From NCBI GenBank assembly GCA_036564195.1, contig DATCLA010000234.1, forward strand, positions 1 to 51,802: DNA of 51,802 bases. Reading direction: 5' to 3'. Position numbers and translations under genes: made by a program. Positions 20,016 through 28,356 of this stretch are shown piece after piece (within the stretch, counting starts at the first letter, position 1; each line of letters starts with the position of its first letter). The notes under the pieces were generated by a model. It had not been told where the DNA came from. It searched no databases and saw only the letters and a list, made by a program, of their open reading frames with translations. Origin of the DNA: Bacillota bacterium. Lineage in GTDB: Bacteria > Bacillota > UBA4882 > UBA8346.

Positions 20016-22310
20016 TTGAGCAGAAAGTATTTGGTTTTACTGTTAATCACGGTTTTAGCCTTAAGTATGCATGTAGGCAATATTTTTGCCGCTTCCTACA
20101 ATTACGCTGAAGCCTTGCAAAAGTCGATCTACTTTTATGAGTGCCAGCAATCCGGACCATTACCGGAGTGGAACCGGGCGCGGCAATGGCGGGGCGACTC
20201 CTGTCTCAATGATGCTGTAACCGGCGGTTGGTTCGATGCCGGCGATCATGTGAAGTTTGGCTTGCCGATGGCTTATAGCGCTGCCATGCTTGGTTGGGCA
20301 ATGTACGAGTACGGTGAGGCGATTGCCGTGGCCGGACAAGCTACCGCCCTGGAAAACAATCTCCGGTTTGTCCTGGACTACTTTGTTAAGTGTGACCGTG
20401 GGACCAGTATGGTCTATCAAATCGGCGACGGCCACAAGGACCATTCCTGGTGGGGACCGGCAGAAGTGATTGAGAAGGAGATGACTCGGCCGGCTTATAC
20501 CACCAATGCTTCCTGTGTAACCGCAGAAACCGCGGCGGCACTGGCAATCGGCGCTAAATTATTCAATGACAGCACTTATCTAAAACATGCCAAAAGTCTG
20601 TTTGCTTTGGCCGATTCCGTCAAGAGCGATAGCGGTTATACGGCAGCCAATGGTTTTTATGACTCCTGGAGCGGTTTCTGGGATGAACTGATCTGGGCGG
20701 CGGTCTGGTTGTATATTGCTACAGGCGATGAAGCTTATTTAAAGAAAGCCGAATCCTATGTCGGCAACCTGAGTAAAGAGGGGCAGACCGATAAGATCGG
20801 TTACAAATGGGCCCATGCCTGGGATGACGTCCGTTACGGCGCTTTGCTGATGCTGGCAAAGCTTACCAATAAACCGGAATATCACGAGTTTATGCAGATG
20901 CACCTGGACTATTGGACCGTTGGTTATAACGGAGAACGAATTACTTATACACCCGGCGGTCTGGCCTGGTGTGATACCTGGGGGTCGTTGCGTTATGCCT
21001 CAACAACAGCCTTTCTGGCCTTTGTTTATGCCGACTTCATCACTGACGCTACCTTGAAACAGCGTTATCAAAGTTTCGCGGAGCGACAGATCAACTACTG
21101 CTTGGGTGACAATCCCCGTAAAAGCAGTTATGTAGTGGGTTTCGGTAATAATCCGCCCAAGCACCCGCACCACCGGACCTCCCACGGTTCCTGGTGCGAC
21201 ATGCAGAATACTCCGGCTAACCACCGGCACATTCTCTACGGGGCGCTGGTCGGCGGGCCCGACAGTTCGGACAGGTACACCGATGACATCAGCAATTATA
21301 CCACCAACGAGGTAGCTACCGATTATAACGCGGGATTCACTGGCGCTTTGGCTAAAATGTATAGCCTGTACGGGGGTAAGCCATTGTCGAACTTTCCCGA
21401 ACCGGAACCGGTCGAAGACGAGTTCTTTGTGGAAGCCGGTATTAACTCTTCGGGAAATACCTATACCGAGATTAAGGCATTGTTAAATAACCGTTCCGGT
21501 TGGCCGGCCCGTACCATTAAAGATCTGTCGTTTAATTATTATGTTGATTTATCGGAGGTTTTTGCTGCCGGCTATACCGCAGCAGATCTGACAGTATCAG
21601 CTGGTTACCAGGAGTTTCCGGTTACCATCTCCGGCCTGACCAAACACAGCGGCAATATTTACTATGTCAAAGTTGCCTTTAAAGACGGCACCAATATCTG
21701 GCCGGGCGGGCAGTCCGAATATGCCGGGGAGGTACAATTCCGGATCGCGGCGCCGACCGGGACCAGTTTCTGGGATGCGACCAATGATTATTCGTACCAA
21801 GGCTTAACCAATGCGGTAGTAAAAACCAAATATATTACTGTCTATGACGGGAACAAACTGATTTATGGGATCGAACCGGACGGCGTCGGACCGAGCCCGA
21901 CTCTAAGTCCGACTCCAAGTAAAAGCCCAAGTCCGAGTCCAAGTACCAGCCCGAGCCTGAGTCCAAGCCCGACTCAAACTCCACCGGTAACAGGTTGTTC
22001 GGTAGCTTATACCATGAATGATTGGGGCAGCGGTGCGACTGTTACTATCACAATCAAAAACAACGGGACAGTTGCGATTAACAATTGGGAACTGAAGTTC
22101 AGCTTCCCGGGAAATCAAAAGATTACTAACCTGTGGTGTGCGAAGTATTCGCAGAGCGGTGCGACAGTAACTGTGACCAATGAGGCGTGGAACAGTACCA
22201 TTGCCCCGGGAGCTACGGTAAGTTTTGGCTTTAATATCAGCTATAGCGGGACTAATACCAAACCGGCCGCATTCACCTTGAATGGCGCAGCCTGTACCGT
22301 TATCAATTAA
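20016..22310 (+). CDS. Secreted GH9 endoglucanase with CBM3c and C-terminal CBM2
   Basis: GH9 motifs: [68 protein letters not shown]3c reads [40 protein letters not shown]. An (SP)n linker leads to CBM2 (21996-22307). The start is set at the TTG at 20016 (AAGGAGGG 6 nt upstream), which gives a clean signal peptide. The track's 19950 and the ATG at 19977 are alternatives. It is a paralogue of the gene at 44815. Confidence 0.92.
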   Translation: MSRKYLVLLLITVLALSMHVGNIFAASYNYAEALQKSIYFYECQQSGPLPEWNRARQWRGDSCLNDAVTGGWFDAGDHVKFGLPMAYSAAMLGWAMYEYGEAIAVAGQATALENNLRFVLDYFVKCDRGTSMVYQIGDGHKDHSWWGPAEVIEKEMTRPAYTTNASCVTAETAAALAIGAKLFNDSTYLKHAKSLFALADSVKSDSGYTAANGFYDSWSGFWDELIWAAVWLYIATGDEAYLKKAESYVGNLSKEGQTDKIGYKWAHAWDDVRYGALLMLAKLTNKPEYHEFMQMHLDYWTVGYNGERITYTPGGLAWCDTWGSLRYASTTAFLAFVYADFITDATLKQRYQSFAERQINYCLGDNPRKSSYVVGFGNNPPKHPHHRTSHGSWCDMQNTPANHRHILYGALVGGPDSSDRYTDDISNYTTNEVATDYNAGFTGALAKMYSLYGGKPLSNFPEPEPVEDEFFVEAGINSSGNTYTEIKALLNNRSGWPARTIKDLSFNYYVDLSEVFAAGYTAADLTVSAGYQEFPVTISGLTKHSGNIYYVKVAFKDGTNIWPGGQSEYAGEVQFRIAAPTGTSFWDATNDYSYQGLTNAVVKTKYITVYDGNKLIYGIEPDGVGPSPTLSPTPSKSPSPSPSTSPSLSPSPTQTPPVTGCSVAYTMNDWGSGATVTITIKNNGTVAINNWELKFSFPGNQKITNLWCAKYSQSGATVTVTNEAWNSTIAPGATVSFGFNISYSGTNTKPAAFTLNGAACTVIN
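21996..22307 (+). repeat. CBM2 cassette copy 3
   Basis: [52 protein letters not shown]. Three Cys. Confidence 0.9.
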
Positions 22311-22330
22311 CAACTAAATGCGCAGGAACG

Positions 22331-22376
22331 TTTCTTTCCTGACAGCTAAGACCAGATCTTACTGTCAGGAAAGAAA
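22331..22376 (+). terminator. Perfect 15-bp stem-loop downstream of the GH9 gene (terminator or RNA-processing/stability element)
   Basis: TTTCTTTCCTGACAG (22331-22345), a 16-nt loop, then CTGTCAGGAAAGAAA (22362-22376). There is no clear U-tract after it. Confidence 0.55.
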
Positions 22377-22415
22377 AACTGCCGCAGGTGATGTACTTTT
22401 GAATGGAGGATTGGG

Positions 22416-23759
22416 ATGGTTGGACGTAAACAAATACTCTGTTGCGGATTGCTGATTGTAATGTTAACGGTAGGCGTCTCATTGGGCTGGCGGAGTTTGG
22501 AAATAAACCGGAGACCACCCAAGCCCCATCCCTTTGGTTACCGGGCTTTAAAAATAAATGGTAAATATGTTGAAGCGACAGTCTTTCAACAGGAGCAGAG
22601 GCGGTTTTATGACCGTTGGAAACGTAATGGACCGATGTTGCGCCTTTCCGACGAAGCCCGTAATGATTTGCTTTTAGAAACAGTGATTAACCGGGCGGTC
22701 ATGGAAGACTATCTCCGGCAACAGCCGGGGGCGGAGATCAACCTCCAAGTGGTGCGGCGCTATATTGACCGCTATGTCAAAACCCATTACCCTACTGAAG
22801 AAGCTTGGCAGGCTTATCTGAAGAGTGTTTATTGCACGGATGAGGCTCAGTTGGAACAGGTCGTCGCAGTCTACCTGTTACAGTTGAAATATTTTCCGGC
22901 AGTAGCTAAGAAGTACGGCATTACTGTTTCACCGTCCGAGTTAGCCCAACGTGACCGCAGCCAACGGGAGGAAAACCGCAAGGCGGTGATCCGTCATATT
23001 TTGATTGCTCCCCATGACCGTACGCCCCGCCAGGCAGAGCAACTGGCCCGTAAGGTTTATCAGAAACTAAGTACAGGATTGGATTTTCAAGCAGCGGTTA
23101 AAAGCTACTCCGACGACCACCAGACTAAAGACCAAGGGGGACGCTTGGGTCCGTTAACCCGAAACCAGGTGCCGCCGGAGTTGGTCTGGAAAATCTTTAA
23201 CGCCCAACCCGGGCAGTTGTTCCCCCCGGTTAATACCAAATACGGCTGGGAGATTGTAAAAGTGGACCGTTTTATCGAGTCGGGACATCCCCTGTCCGAG
23301 CTGCGGGCGATGATCACAGTTGCCAAGTTTATGGCTTCAAAGGAGTACGAAACCTGGTTACAAGAGCTTAAAGCCGTTGCCAGGATCGAAATCACTGAAC
23401 CCTGTTTTCAGGCTTACCGACTCTCAAAAGCCCAAAAACACCATCAGGCCGGTCAAATTTATGAACGCCTTTACCATCAGTATCAAGCGGAGTTTTACTT
23501 ACAACGAGCGCTGGAAAGTTACCTGGCGGCTCAAAACTGGAAGAAATTAATTGAACTGGGCCAATTAGGTATAAAAAAACATGATAATCAAGTACCGTAT
23601 TATTTGTATGCCGCCGAAGGATTTTACCGCAATCGTCGTCGGCAGGAGGCTTTAAAACTACTAAAAAAAGCAGACAAACTGGCAGCTGGTAATCTAGTTC
23701 TGAAAAATATGACCATCCAAGCCTATCAGAAGCTGGGCTTAGAAAGCGGCTTAAAATAA
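22416..23759 (+). CDS. Membrane-anchored parvulin-type peptidyl-prolyl cis-trans isomerase (PrsA/SurA-like) with helical-repeat C-terminus
   Basis: N-terminal TM anchor (ILCCGLLIVMLTVGVSLGW). Parvulin domain: VIRHILIAP..FQAAVKSYSDDHQTKDQGGRLGPLTRNQVPPELVWKIFNAQPGQLFPPVNTKYGWEIVKVD. The C-terminal ~110 aa look like TPR-type helical repeats. Confidence 0.8.
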   Translation: MVGRKQILCCGLLIVMLTVGVSLGWRSLEINRRPPKPHPFGYRALKINGKYVEATVFQQEQRRFYDRWKRNGPMLRLSDEARNDLLLETVINRAVMEDYLRQQPGAEINLQVVRRYIDRYVKTHYPTEEAWQAYLKSVYCTDEAQLEQVVAVYLLQLKYFPAVAKKYGITVSPSELAQRDRSQREENRKAVIRHILIAPHDRTPRQAEQLARKVYQKLSTGLDFQAAVKSYSDDHQTKDQGGRLGPLTRNQVPPELVWKIFNAQPGQLFPPVNTKYGWEIVKVDRFIESGHPLSELRAMITVAKFMASKEYETWLQELKAVARIEITEPCFQAYRLSKAQKHHQAGQIYERLYHQYQAEFYLQRALESYLAAQNWKKLIELGQLGIKKHDNQVPYYLYAAEGFYRNRRRQEALKLLKKADKLAAGNLVLKNMTIQAYQKLGLESGLK

Positions 23760-23912
23760 ATTGAACCGGTTACATCCGGTGACCAGTTAACCTTTTCGAA
23801 CCATTTGTTCCATATCCACAAGAAAGGCTGCGGAAAGGGAGTGAGGCCGTTATTATGGTTACCACATTATTACAGTAGCGGTAGATATGGAGAATGGTGG
23901 TAATATAGAAAA

Positions 23913-26363
23913 ATGAAAAAAGGAAGGTGTTATTGTTTGAAAAAGTTTTGGTTGGCAGGCTTATGTCTATTCCTACTACTCGGGGCGGTAATCTTGCCTT
24001 TGCTTCCCCAAAATAAAGTAGCAGCGGAAGACGAAGTTTACAAAGCCCGTTTCTTAGAGATGTGGGAGAAGCTCCATGATAAGAATAACGGGTACTTCAG
24101 TCCGGAGGGTATTCCCTATCACACCCGGGAGAATCTGCTTTGTGAGGCTCCGGATATTGGGCATGCTTCCGTTAGTGAGACCATCAGTTATTGGGTCTGG
24201 TTAGAGGCTTTATATGGGAAGTTTAAAGGTGATTGGGAACCGTTTAAGAAATCCTGGGAGATTACTGAGAAATACTTCATTCCCAGTTCGGAGTTTCAGT
24301 TGGAATCCTCTTTAAGCCGGATTAAAACGAACCACCCGGCTGATTACGCTCCGGAGCTGGATACACCGGAAGAATATCCGGCGCCGTTGGACTTTGACAA
24401 GCCGGTCGGTTCCGATCCGTTGCATGACGAATTATATTCAACCTATGGCAAGCATCAAATTTATGGGATGCACTGGATCATCGACGTTGATAACTGGTAT
24501 GGTTACGGCCAAAAAGAAGACGGCAAAAGCCGACCATCTTTTATCAACACTTTCCAAAGAGGCTGCCAGGAGTCAACCTGGGAAACAATTCCGCACCCCT
24601 GTTGGTTAGATAAATATATCGGGATTCAAAAGATCTTTATCAAACAACCCGATGGCGAACCGGGTCCGCAATGGCGCTACACCAATGCTCCAGATGCCGA
24701 TGCCCGTCAGATTCAGGCTACTTACTGGGCTTACAACTGGGCCAAAGAGCAGGGAGTTGATTTATCCGCTTATGCTCAGAAAGCTGCCAAGATGGGTGAC
24801 TACTTAAGGTACGCTCTGTTTGATAAACACTTCATGAAGATCGGCAGCGGTGTTGTCGGCGGATCCCCCGGAAGCGGTTATGATTCCTGTCATTACCTGA
24901 TTTCCTGGTACTATGCCTGGGGCGGCGCAATTGACGGTTCCTGGGGCTGGATCGAAGGCTGTAGTCATAATCATCAAGGGTATCAAAACCCATTGGCTGC
25001 TTATGTCCTGTCGCAGGAGTCTGCGTTTATCCCGAAGTCACCGAAAGCCAAAGAAACCTGGCAAAAGAGTATGGAACGGCAGATTGAGTTTTATCAATGG
25101 CTGCAATCTGCGGAAGGCGCGATTGCCGGCGGTGCCACCAACTCCTGGAAAGGGCGTTATGAGGCGATTCCTTCCGGTCACTCCACCTTCTACGGCATGG
25201 CCTATGACTGGCAGCCGGTGTGGAATGACCCGCCCAGCAACAACTGGATGGGTTATCAAACCTGGCCGATGCAGCGTCTGGCGGAGTTTTACTATGTAAC
25301 CGGCAACCAGAAGGCCAAAGCGATTTTGGACAAATGGGTCCGTTGGGCTAAGAGTGAAACTACCATCAGTGGTAATACCTTCCAAATCCCGGCCACTTTG
25401 AATTGGTCCGGACAACCGGATACCTGGACCGGCACACCAACCGGCAACCCGAACTTGCATTGTGAGGTTGTCGCCTACAACCAGGAACTGGGTACCGCCG
25501 GATCGTTGGCCAATACCTTCCTCTTCTATGCCCAGGCGTTGCGGAAACATAACCCCGATGAGTATCAATCAGTAGGACTTCCTGTGGTTGAAGTTGCCAA
25601 GCAGCTCATCGATATCATCTGGGATAACTTCCGTGATGAATACGGGGTTGCCTGTGATGAGCCGAAACCGGAATATAACCGTTACTGGGAACAGGACGTT
25701 TATGTGCCGAACGGAATTAATATTACCATGCCCAGCGGCGACGTGATTAAACCCGGGATCAAGTTTATCGATATCCGGACCAAGTTAAAACAAGAACCGG
25801 AGTGGCAGATGATTGAAGAATACCGTCGGAATGGGACAGTTCCGGTCTTCAGATATCACCGTTGGTGGCATGAGGTTGATTACGCAATGGCCTTAGGTAC
25901 TTATGCCATGTTTGACTGGGATCTGCCGGATCCGACAGTTAAACCCACCGCCAGTGCAACGATCAAGCCGACCACCAGTCCGACGATTGAGCCTACTGTT
26001 ACTCCGACTACTATTCCGAGCCCAACTCCAACCCAGTCGGTAGGATCGGGTTGCGCAGTCTCCTATGAGATGAATGACTGGGGTAGCGGCGCGACGGTAA
26101 ACGTGACCATTAAGAACAGCGGGGCCACCGCAATTAACAATTGGACCCTGGCATTTAGCTTCCCGGGCAATCAAAAGATCACCAATCTGTGGTGCGCTAA
26201 ATATTCTCAAAGCGGCGCTGCGGTAACAGTTACCAATGAGGCCTGGAACGGTTCGATCCCGCCGGGCGGTAGTGTTAACTTTGGTTTTAATATCAGTTAC
26301 AGCGGCAGCAACGCCAAACCGACCAGCTTTACGCTGAACGGTATTCCCTGTTCAATTTTATAA
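23913..26363 (+). CDS. Secreted GH48 exoglucanase (cellobiohydrolase, CelS/Cel48-type) with C-terminal CBM2
   Basis: GH48 signature N-terminus: YKARFLEMWEKLHDKNNGYFSPEGIPYHTRENLLCEAPDIGHASVSETISYWVWLEALYGKFKGDW. The catalytic module is GH48-sized (about 640 aa). A PT linker leads to CBM2 (26052-26360). An alternative start is the TTG at 23937 (GGAAGGTG 7 nt upstream). Confidence 0.93.
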   Translation: MKKGRCYCLKKFWLAGLCLFLLLGAVILPLLPQNKVAAEDEVYKARFLEMWEKLHDKNNGYFSPEGIPYHTRENLLCEAPDIGHASVSETISYWVWLEALYGKFKGDWEPFKKSWEITEKYFIPSSEFQLESSLSRIKTNHPADYAPELDTPEEYPAPLDFDKPVGSDPLHDELYSTYGKHQIYGMHWIIDVDNWYGYGQKEDGKSRPSFINTFQRGCQESTWETIPHPCWLDKYIGIQKIFIKQPDGEPGPQWRYTNAPDADARQIQATYWAYNWAKEQGVDLSAYAQKAAKMGDYLRYALFDKHFMKIGSGVVGGSPGSGYDSCHYLISWYYAWGGAIDGSWGWIEGCSHNHQGYQNPLAAYVLSQESAFIPKSPKAKETWQKSMERQIEFYQWLQSAEGAIAGGATNSWKGRYEAIPSGHSTFYGMAYDWQPVWNDPPSNNWMGYQTWPMQRLAEFYYVTGNQKAKAILDKWVRWAKSETTISGNTFQIPATLNWSGQPDTWTGTPTGNPNLHCEVVAYNQELGTAGSLANTFLFYAQALRKHNPDEYQSVGLPVVEVAKQLIDIIWDNFRDEYGVACDEPKPEYNRYWEQDVYVPNGINITMPSGDVIKPGIKFIDIRTKLKQEPEWQMIEEYRRNGTVPVFRYHRWWHEVDYAMALGTYAMFDWDLPDPTVKPTASATIKPTTSPTIEPTVTPTTIPSPTPTQSVGSGCAVSYEMNDWGSGATVNVTIKNSGATAINNWTLAFSFPGNQKITNLWCAKYSQSGAAVTVTNEAWNGSIPPGGSVNFGFNISYSGSNAKPTSFTLNGIPCSIL
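26052..26360 (+). repeat. CBM2 cassette copy 4
   Basis: [52 protein letters not shown]. Three Cys. Confidence 0.9.
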
Positions 26364-26378
26364 AGAAAAAAATTTAGC

Positions 26379-26443
26379 CTCATCTCCCCCCTTGCAGGGG
26401 GAGGTGAGACTGGAAAACAGGTGTGCGCTTAGATGTTTTCCAG
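26379..26443 (+). terminator. Two consecutive intergenic stem-loops after the GH48 gene
   Basis: Hairpin 1: CTCATCTCCCCC (26379-26390) pairs with GGGGGAGGTGAG (26397-26408), 12 bp including one G-U, 6-nt loop. Hairpin 2: CTGGAAAAC (26410-26418) pairs with GTTTTCCAG (26435-26443), 9 bp. No strong U-tract follows either. Confidence 0.55.
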
Positions 26444-26498
26444 TAGGAAGCTGAGAGTATCAGATAGAGAGAGGTAAAGGAAAGGTAAGGTAAAGTAG

Positions 26499-28247
26499 AT
26501 GAAAAGATATCACGGCATACTAATAATTACCCTAATCAGCGTAGTCATTATGGTTTTTGCCCGGGCTAACGCAGCCAGTTATAACTACGCTGAAGCCCTG
26601 AAATTAGCTACCGCCTGGTTTGATGCCAACCGTTGCGGGACCGGAGTGGCAACGGATAATGTCTTTTCCAGTTGGCGCAGTGCTTGTCATACGGCGGATT
26701 CGGTTGACGGTGGGTTCCATGATGCCGGAGATCATGTGAAATTCGGGTTACCGGCGGCCTTTTCCGCGTCTGCGATGGGCTGGGCTTTATACGAGTTCAA
26801 GTCGGAGTTCGACCGGGCTGGCGCCACTGATAAAGCCTTACAGGAATTAAAGATCTTCAGCGACTATTTCATGAACTGCTGGAGTAATAATTCTTTTGTG
26901 ATTCAGATCGGTGACGGCGGCAGCGACCATTCTTACTGGGGACCGCCGGAAAACCAGACCACCAGCAGACCGACTTATAAGGCTACCAGCGGTTCACCGG
27001 CCTCGGACATTTGCGGGCAGACCGCCGGAGCATTGGCGTTAATGTATTTGAACTATAAAGACCAAAACGCTGCTTATGCCAATCGTTGCCTGGCAACGGC
27101 AAAAGAGTTACTGACCTTTGCCAAGACCAATTTAGGACGGGGTATGGCCGGTAACGGGTACTACAATTCCAGTTCCCACTTTGATGATCTGTGTTGGGCA
27201 GCTATTTGGTTGCACGTGGCTACCGGAGAGCCGGAATACTTGAATCAGGCAATCGAGTGGTTTGAGCAGAAGAACGACAGCGGCGATAATCCTTATAACA
27301 AGGCCTGGACTTACTGCTGGGATGATTCGGCGATGGGTAATATTATTATGCTGTATAAATTGACCGGAAAACAGAAGTATTATGACGGTATTATTTGGAA
27401 CTTTGACTGGTTTAGCAAAAACCTAACCAAAACTCCCGCCGGATTACCGTACATCAATAATTGGGGGTGCCTGCGGTATGCTTCCGCCGAAGCCGGACTG
27501 ATTTATGTGATGTATAAAAACTTTGGAGTTGATTCCTATAATGCCATTGCCAACCGGGTAATCGACTATTGTTTGGGAGATAATCCCAAGAACCTGTGTT
27601 ATCTCACCAATTACGGCAGTAATGCGGTGAAACATCCACACCATCGGGCCAATGAACCAGTAATGGGCGGTAGGACCAATGGCATGGTTGGTGCCTTAGC
27701 CGGCGGTCCGGACAACGGTGATAATTTCACCGATGATGTGAACCAGTATGTTTATACTGAGGTAGCACTGGATTATAACGCTTCATTCCTGCTGGGGTGT
27801 GCCGGACGTTTATTTGTGGCCGGCGGCGGCCAACCGGCCAGTCCGACTCCGACCGCGACACTTGACCCAACTTTCATTCCAACTGCCAGCCCCACTACCA
27901 GCCCGAGTCCGAGTCCAACTTCAGGAACGGGTTACCTGGTAGCGTACGACATGAATGACTGGGGCAACGGCGCTACAGTAAACGTAACCATTAAGAATAA
28001 CTCCCCAACTGCAATTAACAATTGGACTCTGGAATTTAGCTTCCCGGGGAATCAAAAGATTACCAACCTGTGGTGTGCCAAATACTCACAAAGCGGCGCG
28101 ATGGTAACTGTTAGCAACGAAGCGTGGAATGGTTCCATTCCGTCCGGCGCCTCGGTGAACTTCGGGTTTAACATTACTTATAGTGGCACCAATGCTAAAC
28201 CGGCCAGTTTTACACTGAACGGCAGTCTTTGCAGATTAACTGATTGA
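26499..28247 (+). CDS. Secreted GH9 endoglucanase (no CBM3c) with C-terminal CBM2
   Basis: Signal peptide ending ARANA-AS. GH9 motifs: [70 protein letters not shown] linker leads to CBM2 (27933-28244). It is the tandem paralogue of the next gene. Confidence 0.92.
   Translation: MKRYHGILIITLISVVIMVFARANAASYNYAEALKLATAWFDANRCGTGVATDNVFSSWRSACHTADSVDGGFHDAGDHVKFGLPAAFSASAMGWALYEFKSEFDRAGATDKALQELKIFSDYFMNCWSNNSFVIQIGDGGSDHSYWGPPENQTTSRPTYKATSGSPASDICGQTAGALALMYLNYKDQNAAYANRCLATAKELLTFAKTNLGRGMAGNGYYNSSSHFDDLCWAAIWLHVATGEPEYLNQAIEWFEQKNDSGDNPYNKAWTYCWDDSAMGNIIMLYKLTGKQKYYDGIIWNFDWFSKNLTKTPAGLPYINNWGCLRYASAEAGLIYVMYKNFGVDSYNAIANRVIDYCLGDNPKNLCYLTNYGSNAVKHPHHRANEPVMGGRTNGMVGALAGGPDNGDNFTDDVNQYVYTEVALDYNASFLLGCAGRLFVAGGGQPASPTPTATLDPTFIPTASPTTSPSPSPTSGTGYLVAYDMNDWGNGATVNVTIKNNSPTAINNWTLEFSFPGNQKITNLWCAKYSQSGAMVTVSNEAWNGSIPSGASVNFGFNITYSGTNAKPASFTLNGSLCRLTD
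27933..28244 (+). repeat. CBM2 cassette copy 5 (first Cys replaced by Tyr)
   Basis: [52 protein letters not shown]. Confidence 0.9.
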
Positions 28248-28268
28248 TTAGTTGCACCAGTTTAAGTG

Positions 28269-28308
28269 ATCTCTCCTCTCCCTGTTGTTTTCTACGGAGA
28301 GGGGAGAT
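28269..28308 (+). terminator. Intergenic 13-bp stem-loop with a CU-rich 5' arm and a GA-rich 3' arm
   Basis: ATCTCTCCTCTCC (28269-28281) pairs with GGAGAGGGGAGAT (28296-28308), with one G-U pair and a 14-nt loop. It is built the same way as the hairpin at 26379-26408. Confidence 0.55.
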
Positions 28309-28356
28309 TTCAAAATGAAAATATTTTATTTATTGGAAAGGAAGGTGAATCCTCAG

